Source: Ramazzottius varieornatus
Taxonomy: Eukaryota > Animalia > Tardigrada
NCBI GenBank assembly: GCA_001949185.1
Contig: BDGG01000002.1
Span: 3,407,826 to 3,471,825 of the forward strand
Reading direction: 5' to 3'
DNA: 64,000 nucleotides
Both the position numbers and the translations under genes were made by a program. Shown here piece by piece: positions 40,201 to 51,021 of the stretch; position 1 is the first letter of the stretch; every line of letters starts with the position of its first letter. Under the pieces are notes generated by a model. It saw only the letters and a program-made list of their open reading frames with translations. It did no database searches and had not been told where the DNA came from.

Positions 40201-41042
40201 CCCGTGTGCCTCCCGTGGTTCTCGCCCATCCCCATCGGCTCAACATGCGTTGTAACGGGATGGGGCCACACGGCTCAAGCAGGCCCTTTACATGCCTCTG
40301 AGGAAGGCCTGAGGTCGCTGAGGCGTGGCCGTAATAAGCGCACATTACATCAACTTCCTCTCAGCTACTTCCGACAAGCCATCCTGCCGCGAACTCGGCG
40401 GGTCTTCAGTTCCGTACAGGAAAGCAGCATTAGACGCTTCACGACCATCTTGTCCCATACGACCGATCTACAGCAACTGTACTTACCCATTGTACCCGAC
40501 GAGGTACGGATGGGTAAAAAGCAATCAGACCAAGCCTTTTTTTCGTAAAGCACCATAACAATTAATGAACCGGTCTACACAGTACGCTCGAACTCAGAGA
40601 CTACATAAGTTCTATTCTCAGAAATAACATCCTTTTCTCTGCGATATTTTAATAGTAGTATAAACGAGTTGTATCGTTCTAGGTATGCAGGAACGCGTCT
40701 CAGTACAACGGTATCCTCTCCGATTCGATGTTATGTGCCGGTTACCTCTTAAGTATGGTGGGGGATAGCTGTCATGGAGATTCGGGAGGACCATTAACTT
40801 GCAAGCGAACGGATGGTGCCTGGGAGGTCCACGGAGTGACCAGCTTTGGCGGACTTCGGTGTGCCGAAGAGGGACATCCAGGCATCTACGCTCGGGTCGT
40901 ACATGCTTTAGACTGGATATCACAAACCATGGGTGAAGACGCCCGGATACTCAAGAAAAGAAGAGCTGACAATGTGGAGAGTGTCGTGAAGGAGGAAGTT
41001 GGAACGTCTACTGCAGCGCCACCTTTCGTGAAAGTTGAATAA
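37298..41042 (+). CDS. Secreted modular serine protease: signal peptide, 2x MAM, LDLa, trypsin (S1A) domain
   Basis: The hydrophobic N-terminus is followed by MAM motifs (PGTGPQTD..GYYIYFESS, CISFWFSM, RFIATRG..SDIALDE; a second MAM with DHTRGRYGKYL, CIDFYY, SDIAVDDV) and an LDLa repeat (CILPEYLCDGVEHCINGSDE). The activation site is K|IVYGQ..PHSWPWQV and the catalytic triad lies in TAAHC / NDFGLI / GDSGGP. Multi-exon; an alternative ATG lies at 37274. Confidence 0.9.
38546..38741. mobile_element. MITE (family D), TA TSD, in a protease intron
   Basis: TA-CACGC...GGAAGTCTGGGCCAGTAAAAAGTTTGGGCCAGAGG ... CCTCTGGCCCAAACTTTTTACTGGCCCAAACTTCC...GCGTG-TA. The internal sequence is shared with 47570-47768. 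Confidence 0.8.
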
Positions 41043-41204
41043 ACCGGAAATGGAGCCTGCTATCGGAGGATATTTCTAATTTTCAACACTTATCTTATAT
41101 CGCCTTTATAATATATTCTCTTAGAAGAATTATTAGTTAACACGGTCAACAGTAACAAACAGCCAACAAACCGCCGGCGGTGATCGATATCACTTCCGAC
41201 GGCT

Positions 41205-43432
41205 TCACAAGTCACCGGCGTAGGACAATTGGTCATGGGTGTACTGACGGCTGACGCTGGTCATGGTCAGATCGAAGGGGATCCCACTGCCCTGGTCCAT
41301 CTTGATAAGGTCCCAGACGTTGTAGACTTTCTCGGAGTTGACATCAGCTACGCAGGTAACTTGCTTCAATTTCTGACGGTTGTAGGCATAAAGGTCGGGA
41401 GAGCTACCAGCATAGGCATCAGCGAAGGGGATATCCTGGAAGTTGTCGGCCCTGGTGGCGATCCAGCGGTAGAATCGTATGACTGCGGCAGTCTTGCTGC
41501 AACTGCGAGGCTTGTCCAGGAAGGATCCGCGGGCCTTGATGACCATGCTGTAGACGAAGGTCAGAGGGTAGACATCACCGGTGGGAAGATCGGTGTCACC
41601 GATACCGAAGATGTTCATGAAGTTGGTAAGCTGAAAAGAATAACTGTTCATTGAATTTCCGCATGGTGTTTGAGAGCTGGACAGACAAATCGTGCAAGAC
41701 CGTCATCCCAGGTGGCGCACTCTTCCGTTGGAACTGGCTAGATGGGTGCGCCACTCGAGATGACGATCGGGCTGCGTTTCGTATACAGTAGCTTACTTCA
41801 GCTTTGGATGGGGCGATGAATTTATGGCTGTATGGTTTCGATTCAATGGCCGCCACCGACAGCTTTCGTTCCATAGCTTCTCGCAGTGTTCCGAGACCGA
41901 TAGAGTAAGGTCGTTTGTTGACTCCACCCAGGTACTCGTCCACGTTCTTTCCTTCGAAGTATTCCGGCATGGGGTTCATGTTGAGCTTCTTGAAGGTATC
42001 CGTGAAGCCTTGGATGAAGAAGAGACCAGCAGGCCATCCGATCTTTTCACCGAAGCCTTCAGCGGCGAACTGGGTGACCAGCTGGAAGGTGTCGTATGAC
42101 CAGCGAGAGTCCACACCAATGGAGATCGGGAAGTTCTTGCTGGCGTCGCTCAACGGGCTGCCAGAGTACCAGGCGTTGTTCTCACCGAAATTGGCCTGGG
42201 GATCGCTCCAGCTGTTGATCTTGCCCGTGAAGATGCCGGCCAGTTGTTTCCAGCTCAGGTTCAGTTGTTGTCCTTGTGGTACTTCCGGGATGTTGTAGGC
42301 AATGACGACAGCGGAGGCCATCACGGGCAGCCAGAGAAGATCGGGGTAGAGTTCGTCGTCGATCTTGCTGGTTAACATGGGTGAGACCACGTAGCTGAGG
42401 GTGGTGCCGGGATGGGAAGGAATGTTGACGTAAGACTCAGCAATGTCTTCAGTGATGGGGTCTCCGTCACCCATGATGCCCATGCGGCCGGTGCCGCTCA
42501 GTGCGCGCAGGGCGTCACGGAGGTCGGAGATGGTATTGTTGCCAGAGTAGGAATCGGGTCCACCGTAGATAAGGCTCTGGTAGACTGGAAGCCTGTTGGC
42601 GAACTTTTTGGTCCATTTGTTGAAAGCATCACTGCAAACAATAAACGATTTCCGGTCATTCGCTCCGAATTCTCTCTGTGTGACGGTCTAGGTGATGATT
42701 TATATGGTAAATAATTTTGTTCCTGAAATATAGCGGATGGTACTACGATCTATGCTCGAATTGTCTTCCCGTACATATTTCCTAAGATCTAAATGTCTGC
42801 AACTTAGTGACCAAGCGGACGTTTCGACGACGGTTTATACGAAGGTCAGTTGACCACGAAAATTCGAAATACCCGTATATGCTGCGTCTCTCGAACGGTA
42901 GGTCCGACCCGACCGGGTCGACGACCTTGTGGTCGTTTGGTCCAGACCCCAAAATGTAGGGTCGCGACCAAACGACCCTGTGATCGATCCTGGGTCATTT
43001 GGTCGATGAGGTGCCTTATGAACCGATCGAACGACCTTGGGATCCATCAAACGACCCCAGGGTCGACGACCCCGGGGGCCGGAACCGGTCGGATCGGCCC
43101 TACCCTAATCTCTCGGCATGTGCCAGAAATCTGGTGTTGGTCTCAGAACACACTTTCAAGTTCAGTATAGGTGTCTTCGTTTTGTGGGTAAGAACTTACG
43201 CGACTCCTGGAGGTCCATAGCCGGAGATGACGACATTCTCCGGACCCTGAGGTTGGCCAAGACTGGTGGCGGCGCCACCGCTACCACCGTGAGCTCCCTG
43301 GGGATCTTTCTGGTTATTGTGGTGTTCACCATGCTGGCCTCCCTGACCGTAACCGTGGCGTTCGGCGATCGTCACTGAACAAACTACAACAAAAACAAAA
43401 CTGGAAATCGAGGCCCCGAAAACTCGCACCAT
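41205..43432 (-). CDS. Secreted PstS-like (type II periplasmic binding fold) protein, 3 exons
   Basis: Exons 43432-43200, 42631-41797 and 41630-41205 join in frame through GT-AG introns. A signal peptide and a His/Gly-rich linker precede PstS-like blocks: ISGYG..VADAFNKWTKKF, LPVMASAVVIAYNIP, LNLSWKQLAGIFTGKINSWSDP, VNKRPYSIG and VYPLTFVYSMVI...VIRFYRWI. Confidence 0.8.
41690..41778. repeat. Family-A palindrome in intron 2 of the PstS-like gene
   Basis: CGTCATCCCAGGTGGCGCAC-loop-GTGCGCCACTCGAGATGACG. Confidence 0.75.
42890..43100. repeat. GGTCG/CGACC-rich degenerate array in intron 1 of the PstS-like gene
   Basis: Many alternating GGTCG, CGACC and GATCG motifs, e.g. CCGACCGGGTCGACGACC and AAACGACCCCAGGGTCGACGACCCC. 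Confidence 0.55.
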
Positions 43433-43745
43433 GTTGACAATGACGGTGTTAGCAAACAAGTGAAGAACAAAAGTAACGATTGATAAACAATCAATTCAAC
43501 CGAGGACCCTGGTGAAAATTATTGTGGAAAATTTATTGGGTCTCCAAGACAGTGAAACAACTGAACTGACCGAAGGCTCCTTGTCATCTGGTGGATATTA
43601 CCATGCAACTACCGGAACAACGCCACAGACTGCTTCCGGGCTTCTGAATCTGAAGTTATCGTTTATTTGGATAGAACCATGGCGTGTTTTTCAAGGTCAG
43701 CATTCTTGTGGCATCGCAATGTGACAAAGATAAGCAAACAAGAGG

Positions 43746-43825
43746 TACAAGATGGTTGTCTCAAGTGGCGCACAGGCATGTTGTTACTGGCTGGAAGAAT
43801 GCGCCACTGAGTTTAACGATCCAGT
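43746..43825. repeat. Family-A palindrome upstream of the PstS-like gene
   Basis: TACAAGATGGTTGTCTCAAGTGGCGCAC...ATGCGCCACTGAG. Confidence 0.7.
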
Positions 43826-44672
43826 GTGTTTTGCCCAGCTCCTATTTGATACCAACATAACTTTCTGAAAATGGGCGTAAGTTTCCAATAGAAAAATCTT
43901 GCTTCCCGTATTCGTGAGATTACTAAAAGTGACAGCCGGGAACGGAGAATTTAGGTTAATAGCTCTCGTCCCCCTCGGTTGTGCTGATGGCCATTTGTTC
44001 GGTATGTAGTGATGGCCTGACATAGCATGACGGTCGCAATGTTACCATAAAGTATTGTAGGCTTTGGCACTACCGCATGAGCCCCAGAAAAGCCTCAAAC
44101 GTGGGTCAAACGAACCCAATCCGCACTCGTTCCTGGTGACCCGGGACACAGCTTGACTGCATGATTGCCAAAAGCTTCAGATTCTCGGTTAGCGAGAGCA
44201 CCAATACAGTACCATTTGGGCACCGATTGGCGGCTGACAATGAGCTGTATTGCGTGACGAACCAGAGATCCATGCCGGCAGGTAATAAGCTTCGACTGGA
44301 TTTCAAAGTAAGCCTGCACTGCAACTGGGCTCAGCAAACCGGAAGTCAACTATTACGACAACAGCGGACGGAAACTATCGTGTGGAGATTTTTCTTCCTG
44401 TCCCTGACGTTGGCTCAACTTGACTGAGTGATCTTGGACCGGCATGCGTAGTCATTAACTCGCACAGCTGTGGTAATGTTTACCGGTATTTGTCAAGTGC
44501 GTTGGTAGCATGCAGATCGCAAAATATCTCCAAGGGTGTACCATCCCTGTTAACGTTCGGGCGAGCCTCCGATCCATGTGATATTCATGTCCGGTAGAGG
44601 AGACCAGAAGTGTCGTCTGCTGTACGAAGTTCGTGCCATGATCCCAGGAGAGGTGCACCCCCACCCTCAAAC

Positions 44673-44788
44673 CAGCTGTCAATCAGTCGAACACTCTTTA
44701 TGTCAGGTCCCCGTAATCAAGTAATCTGTAGCACATTAGCACTGACGTATGTGATGTCAAAAGTCGATGATAGACTGATTGACAGCTG
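44673..44788. repeat. Short inverted-repeat element
   Basis: 16-bp perfect IR CAGCTGTCAATCAGTC / GACTGATTGACAGCTG. Confidence 0.6.
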
Positions 44789-44942
44789 ATGTTGATTGGA
44801 CCACGTCCTCGCTACCCGGGCTCGGTTTACGCATACGACTTCATACAGGTACATGCATAATGAGGAGAAGATATCCTATCAGCTGATCTTCCCCGGATCG
44901 GTAGCGGGATGATCAAGAGCTGATCTCATCTTTCTGAGACAT

Positions 44943-44994
44943 CCAAGTTGTAGGCCAAGTTGTAGGCCAAGTTGTAGGCCAAGTTGTAGGCCAA
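44943..44994. repeat. 12-bp tandem repeat (CCAAGTTGTAGG)x4.3
   Basis: Perfect tandem copies are visible. Confidence 0.9.
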
Positions 44995-45259
44995 CGAATT
45001 CTAAGGACTACTCCCGAACACGAATCCACAAAAGATGTACGATGAACTGGCTAGAAGGCCAAACGTACTCGGCATCAGCAGATGAGACAGCTTATCCAGA
45101 TGAAGTAGGGCGAAATTAAGACACCTCTTGATGAGGCTACCTACATGTACAATGTAGCCTGGCCTGACTGCATTGTGGTGCGAAATTAATAAGGCGTTTG
45201 AATACCGCGTTGAGAAATGGGCATCATCGGCTGAGCCCTTTTATTCAGTCTTTATTCAG

Positions 45260-45408
45260 TGTCACTGCATATACTGTAATGCTTCATGAACTTCGCGAAG
45301 CGACGTCACAGTGCGCGTAAGGTTTACGGGTATGATGACGCATGCAACACACGCTTACTATGATGTAATTCGCGAAGTTCATGAAGCATTACAGTATATG
45401 CAGTGACA
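45260..45408. mobile_element. MITE-like element with 40-bp perfect TIRs
   Basis: TGTCACTGCATATACTGTAATGCTTCATGAACTTCGCGAA at 45260-45299 and its exact reverse complement at 45369-45408. Confidence 0.75.
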
Positions 45409-45546
45409 ACGGTAGGTCAGAATAATGAGTGTTTAATCCGGAACCAAAAAAGACGAAGGACTACCACGATTAATCTCGATATTCGTTTCTGTTTTACCGT
45501 ATTGTTGCTACATAGACAACGCGAATATAGGCTTTTGATTATCTAA

Positions 45547-45547
<1 letters not shown>

Positions 45548-45585
<38 letters not shown>
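45548..45585. repeat. (TA)n microsatellite
   Basis: Uninterrupted TA run. Confidence 0.95.
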
Positions 45586-45587
<2 letters not shown>

Positions 45588-47569
45588 AGCTGTTCGCTTC
45601 GTCTTCGGCTCGCTCGCAGATTGTCGATGATGTAGAAAAACGGAAACGGGTAGCGCGGAGGAGCGGCAGTGTAAATGTTGAAAGTTATGGTCAGTTTGGA
45701 CGGAGAAGATCCCCTAGGCTCGCTCCAAACATAGTGGACTAACGAGAGAACGTTCGAGTGCGCAAATTCAAACCACAGAAAAACTTCGATATTGTTTGAT
45801 TTCAAACCGAATTTCTTCATCAGATATAAAGTCATGCCCGGAAAATAGAAAGTTTGTCGCGTCTTTTGACGTTCGCGCTTGAAGACCAATGTCTTGAAAC
45901 CGGTAACCAAGCTCAGTAGGATAGCCACTTTTCGGTGTTGGCATATATGTATATTATATTAAATTGGAACTTATTAGATGCTTCTTGCATCTAACATAAC
46001 ATATTAATATTAATTAGATACCTCGATCGAGGTTGGATATTTTTTGGTATCAAATTAGATGGGAGCCAGAGCTGAAGATGTTATATCAAAATTAACTCGC
46101 AAGCGCTCCAAATTAGAATTATCAACCGCGATTTTAGCTTTGGTTTGATTAGAATAACGCTTGATTTGCGCCATTGAATCGCGTGACCGTGCACTGTGCG
46201 CTGCTAGGTTCGATCACAGCGCATCATGCACCTGTACGTGAGAGCACATTGATGAACGTTCAGGGTGATAGATTGATTGCCACACTTCGTCTGATTAAAC
46301 AATGTAGAAATATGATTTTCAAGGTCCACCTACATACTAACAGTGCCTATTCCTCAGTGTGACGCTGCCCGCTTCTCCAGGTCCGGTTTGGCGTTACCGA
46401 ACGCTATGTCTATCGTCTCTTTTTTTCACAAAATTATGAATGGAGGAAAGTTAAACTTCGGTAACACCAAAACAGAGTTAGGACTGAGAAAGAAAGCTTT
46501 CTTGCTCTGTTCATACACGCATCAGAAATATTATAATACATCATAATAAGGACCCGACGAAACAAGTTAATATATTGACATCAAATCAGATGCTCCCAGG
46601 TCGTGGCATATTATATTAAAATTATGATAGGAATCCGGCAGCCTGAGCTTATCAAACCAAAATTATATTAAGTCGGAATACCCTTATGCCAACATCACTA
46701 TTTTCGGTGTTTCGCGAGATATGAGCCGGAAAAGCAGAAAACAGAAACAGCCGACTAAATCGACTAGTTACTGAAAGTACTGCTTTCCCGGCCTAGACCT
46801 TTAGCGAACCGATCTAGAACCAGATTTTTAGAAGACTAGGTATTCGGTACGCCAGCTCAAAGTCGAGATTCACTCGATGAAACTGTTTCACAAATCCGGC
46901 TAGGGATCCGAGAAGAATGCACTTCTTTTCAATAGAGGAATCGCAAAGTTAGCAGAATAATTCGAGCAGTATGTATGTTCTGTCCAACGGTTATTCGGGT
47001 ACCGCGGAAGTTCTGGAACTCGGTCTTTCGCTCAGGCTGTTTCCGCCAAAGTGTGGCAGCAAGCTTTCTGGAAACGTTTAACCAAAGCCACTCTCGCAGC
47101 GGTGAACTTGGTCAGGGCCATAAAACTATAGTACTGAAATTTGCATTCATCGCAAATAGCGAGGGAAGCACTCACTCACTTAATAGAGGGGAACATGCAG
47201 AGAGACAGTGTGAAGTTAGAAGGGATCCTTGCTTTCTACTTTCCCCTCAGACGATCAGATGGGAACAGTGACCATCCCGCAATGTACTTCGCTGCATAAA
47301 ATACTCAAACCAATTCGTACGAGAAAATTTCGGCGAAGATAAACAGATAGCCGAAAGAATAGAGTATCGTTCAATACCAAACGCAAAAACAATGGAAATC
47401 GGCAGTGTACTGTGCAAGCAGTACTGTCGATGTTGCGGCCAGAATTGAGAAGGGCCAGAGAGCAAAGATTTTCGACCTGCGAGCGGTTTTCTTCTTATAA
47501 CTTAACGTTTGATTTTCATACGTTTCTCGTTCTCTTCCAACTTGCAAAAGTTGAAAGTTTCATCTAGTA

Positions 47570-47768
47570 CACGCACAACGGGAAAATTATGGGGCCAGTA
47601 AGACTTATGGAACCAGGCTTTTTCGCAACGGCGGTACGGAAGCCCGTACCTACGTGACCGATTCACTGTAATGTACTTTTGGACACTTTTGTACGTTTGA
47701 ATTTCATTTTGCCGTCTTTTCCGCCTAGTCGCATAATTTTACCGCCCCATAATTTCCCGTCGTGCGTG
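47570..47768. mobile_element. MITE (family D), TA TSD
   Basis: TA-CACGCACAACGGGAAAATTATGGGGC ... GCCCCATAATTTCCCGTCGTGCGTG-TA. The internal ATGTACTTTT..GACA..TTT.TACG.TTGAATT segment is shared with 38546-38741. Confidence 0.75.
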
Positions 47769-48645
47769 TACGGTTTGTGAAAACGTTTCTTTCGGGAAAA
47801 CTTCTCAGGCTTGACATCCAATGTGGAGCGCAAACGTCAAGTCCGATGACAGATTGTTTCAGTGAGCCAGGTTTCTACTATCTCTTTTACCTCCCTCCCC
47901 CCGTTCCCGTTTACCTTAACTAACAGAGGCCAAAGAGTGTCACGGCCTTAACCGCTGCGAGAGTCGCTTTGACCTACCCCACCGACCACTCTCTACAGCT
48001 TTACATGTGACCTTCGGGAACGTTCGTTCCGCTGGGAAACCATTTGCCCCAAAAACATTAGATCAGCGAAACACAGGTGAAGTTCGAGTAGGTCTGAACC
48101 ACCAAGTTCCAAATAGTGGACGGAACTGGGACGAACCTTGTTGAGTTCCTCGCTTTTGACTATCGGGAAAGTTCCACAGGAAGATCTATGTAGCAGCGTA
48201 CATAAACGTCGGGAATGGAGCTGCCTAGAGTATTTGCTAGTTTGCTAGGCAATGAGCCGCATCATGAAAACACGCAAAAGCCATGAAAATTGCAAGAAAA
48301 AATCAAAATCTGAACTACAGAATAGAAAACTGAAAAACCGACGACGTTGGCGACAGCTAGACAACATTCCTGAATTTTGGGTAAAGTTTGAACCAGTTCG
48401 GACTGAAACTGGGCGAACGCGAGAGCGTACAGTGAAAATAAATGGATAGCACTATATATAAATTAGGATGGGAGCTTCGCCCACGGGAAAACTTCGAGGT
48501 CGAGCCTAATCCAGTAATGGGTCTGCTGACAACGAAGCGTAGAAGTATACTTGTGGGACCTACTGCGTGCCGGTTGAATTGTCTGTGCCGGTTCATTTCT
48601 GTGCATGGTTGTACGAAAACTCAGCTTGGGAAAACTCTTGTGGTT

Positions 48646-51021
48646 TCACGGAAAATATGATTGCGTTTTGGACAACCGCACGAAATTTCTACTGGATAGC
48701 TGAGTTTCGTCGATAGCCGGCGTTGGGTTAGCCGCCCGACTGGGTCTTCGTGGGTTCGTTGTTGATGGGAGAGGCATTGATCCGTGATCCGCTGGGGTTC
48801 GCTTGTCACTTCGACTCACCGTGCGCCCTTTGGCATCATTGACCGAATTGCCTCGCATGCCAAGGACCATCCGGTAGCCATTACGGAAATTCTCGTTGGT
48901 TAAGCCATACAAGATGGGATTAACCGCCGAGTTGCCGTGCGCCATAATAATGGCCAGAACATACATCCATCCGGGAATTTCTTTGGGCTGGTGCGCCAGG
49001 ACAAAGAGCGCGAAAGGAAGCCTGTGGAGATTACAGCTGCTATTGTCGTGATAACCAATCTGCTTTGCGTGCGGGGTTATTTGCACATACCAGCAGAGGA
49101 AGAAAACAAGGAACGCCGCAAAGAGTGTTTTCGCCAGCTTGACGTCTTCCGACTTGAAGTCGGCTTTGGGCGGACGTCGAGTTCGTCGTCCGGCCAAAGC
49201 TGTCCGCGCTTCTTGGATTTCACTGGCACTGTTTTCATTCATGGACGTACTTTGGGTCGGCACTAGCTTTGAACCTCTGTCCGTGGGACCACTTGCTGGC
49301 TGAACCAGCTGCTTCATTCGATGCTGACGTAACTTCGAGCGGACTCCACGAACTTTGATGAAGATTGACGTGTAACCGAAGAGCACCCCGATCAAGGGGA
49401 TGATAACCCCCATCATAACTATTAATGAAATCGACTGGCGTCAGACCGATTTTGGAATTTCATAGAGAAGATTTTTAGAGGTCACTTACTGTAAAATATG
49501 GCGTAAGAGTGCACAACGCTGTGATATCAGAAAAAAAGTTTCAATTTGTGAGAAATCAGCAGAAATATCGCGAGTGAAGTCTGGTACACCTACATGTCGA
49601 ACGTGCAGAGATAATAGTCGTGGTTGAAGCGATCCATACCCCAGCCTACAGTTTAACGCCTTGATGAAACATATCAGTAGCTAAGCTTAACACTCTGCGT
49701 ACGACCGTCCTCTTTATGTATACAATCACTCAGTTTTATTCACCTCCCAGTTTTAGCTTTTGGTCCTTCGGGTCTGGGTCTTTTTGTTCGCATGTACCTC
49801 GGTCATCTCACCAAAGCAACACTAATGGCCAGCGGTCAGCAAAACCTTAGCACGCTGGAAATTTTTTCTACGGTTTCGGGTGGTTTTGGTGAAATTTGGT
49901 GTTTCGTCTCTTCTCGCGAGACACGTGCACGGTGTTCGCTTAGAAAAAAACTGGAGCACTGGGGACAGTCTTATCTATCGAAGCCAAGCCTGGGATAAAT
50001 TTTTTAGTCATCAGTGCGGTCATTCACACGATTTTAGAGTTCAGCATTACAACTGCCGTCGGTATCGGCCAATAAAGTCCTTGTATACACAAAGACGACG
50101 GTAGTATTCTGCAAACATGAGAACGATCGTGCTGAAAGTGTTAACTTTCTGCCCGAACAAAAAATTAATTATCGTGTGCCTGATCCAGGTGACTTACCCG
50201 TGTGGTTAGGTAAGTGAAAGAGGTGAGACATCACCCAGATCAAAAGACAGCATAGTATGCTGTTCCGAACCGTAAAGATGCGCGGGTACAGTGGGCTCTT
50301 ACAGATGAAGAAGTACCTAAAGATAGGGCGTACTCTTCGAACTCAATTGCCTTCAGATTTTTTTCGGACCGCCACGGGTCGCTGACTACTTAATTGCAGT
50401 TTTAAACAAACCTGTTAATGCTGATGGCGCACATGTTCCACATGGAGGACAAGCACGCCGGCGCGCAGACGGAAGCGACAAAATTGCACAGAGTAAAGTT
50501 GTGCATCAGGACATGCCTTCCGGCTGCCGCACCTGCAGACGACCTTTCATGTTTACTCGTATAATTCGCTGCTGATCTCATAAAGTACAATGTGGGTCCA
50601 CTCACCGACGGCGTTGAAGGGATCAATCAGGAGAGTAACAACAACGTCAGCAAGCGCCAAGTTCAGGACAAAAATGTTACCGGTAGTTCGTAAGCTCTGC
50701 GGAAAAATTGTAGCAACATGATGGAATACACTTTTAGGTTGTTCTACCGGTAACTTACTCGGACCATACATATTGCTCCAATAATCTGAAACGATAAGTT
50801 CGGAATAGTGTTTTAGGATTTTTGGTGAGTATCTGTGAACCTACCAGAAGGTTCCCCAGCGTTCCAATGATGGCGCTCAAGGACAGCAGAAGTGTCGTAA
50901 TGACCATCAACGGGTAGTTTTCGGCTCTTTCCAAATAGAGCATGGGAGGCTCGGTGCCATTCACGAACTCCGCTAGCATTTCCTCTCTTGTCTGGTTGAC
51001 ACCCACATCCAGAATAATCAT
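48646..51021 (-). CDS. Rhodopsin-family GPCR, melatonin-receptor-like
   Basis: TM1 GTLGNLL, TM2 GNIFVLNLALADVVV, TM3 ending AISINR|Y (the NRY variant of DRY typical of melatonin receptors), TM6 FFLCW.LP and TM7 HGNSAVNPILYGLTNENFR. About nine exons, including 27-nt and 29-nt microexons. Confidence 0.85.

Noticed and set aside
41205-43432. Bacterial contamination as the source of the PstS-like ORF
   Set aside because: It has two spliceosomal introns, one containing a host repeat, and it is contiguous with animal genes with no adjacent gap.
44943-44994. Short direct repeats as a CRISPR array
   Set aside because: The 12-bp units are contiguous with no spacers, there are no cas genes, and the context is eukaryotic. 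It is a simple minisatellite.
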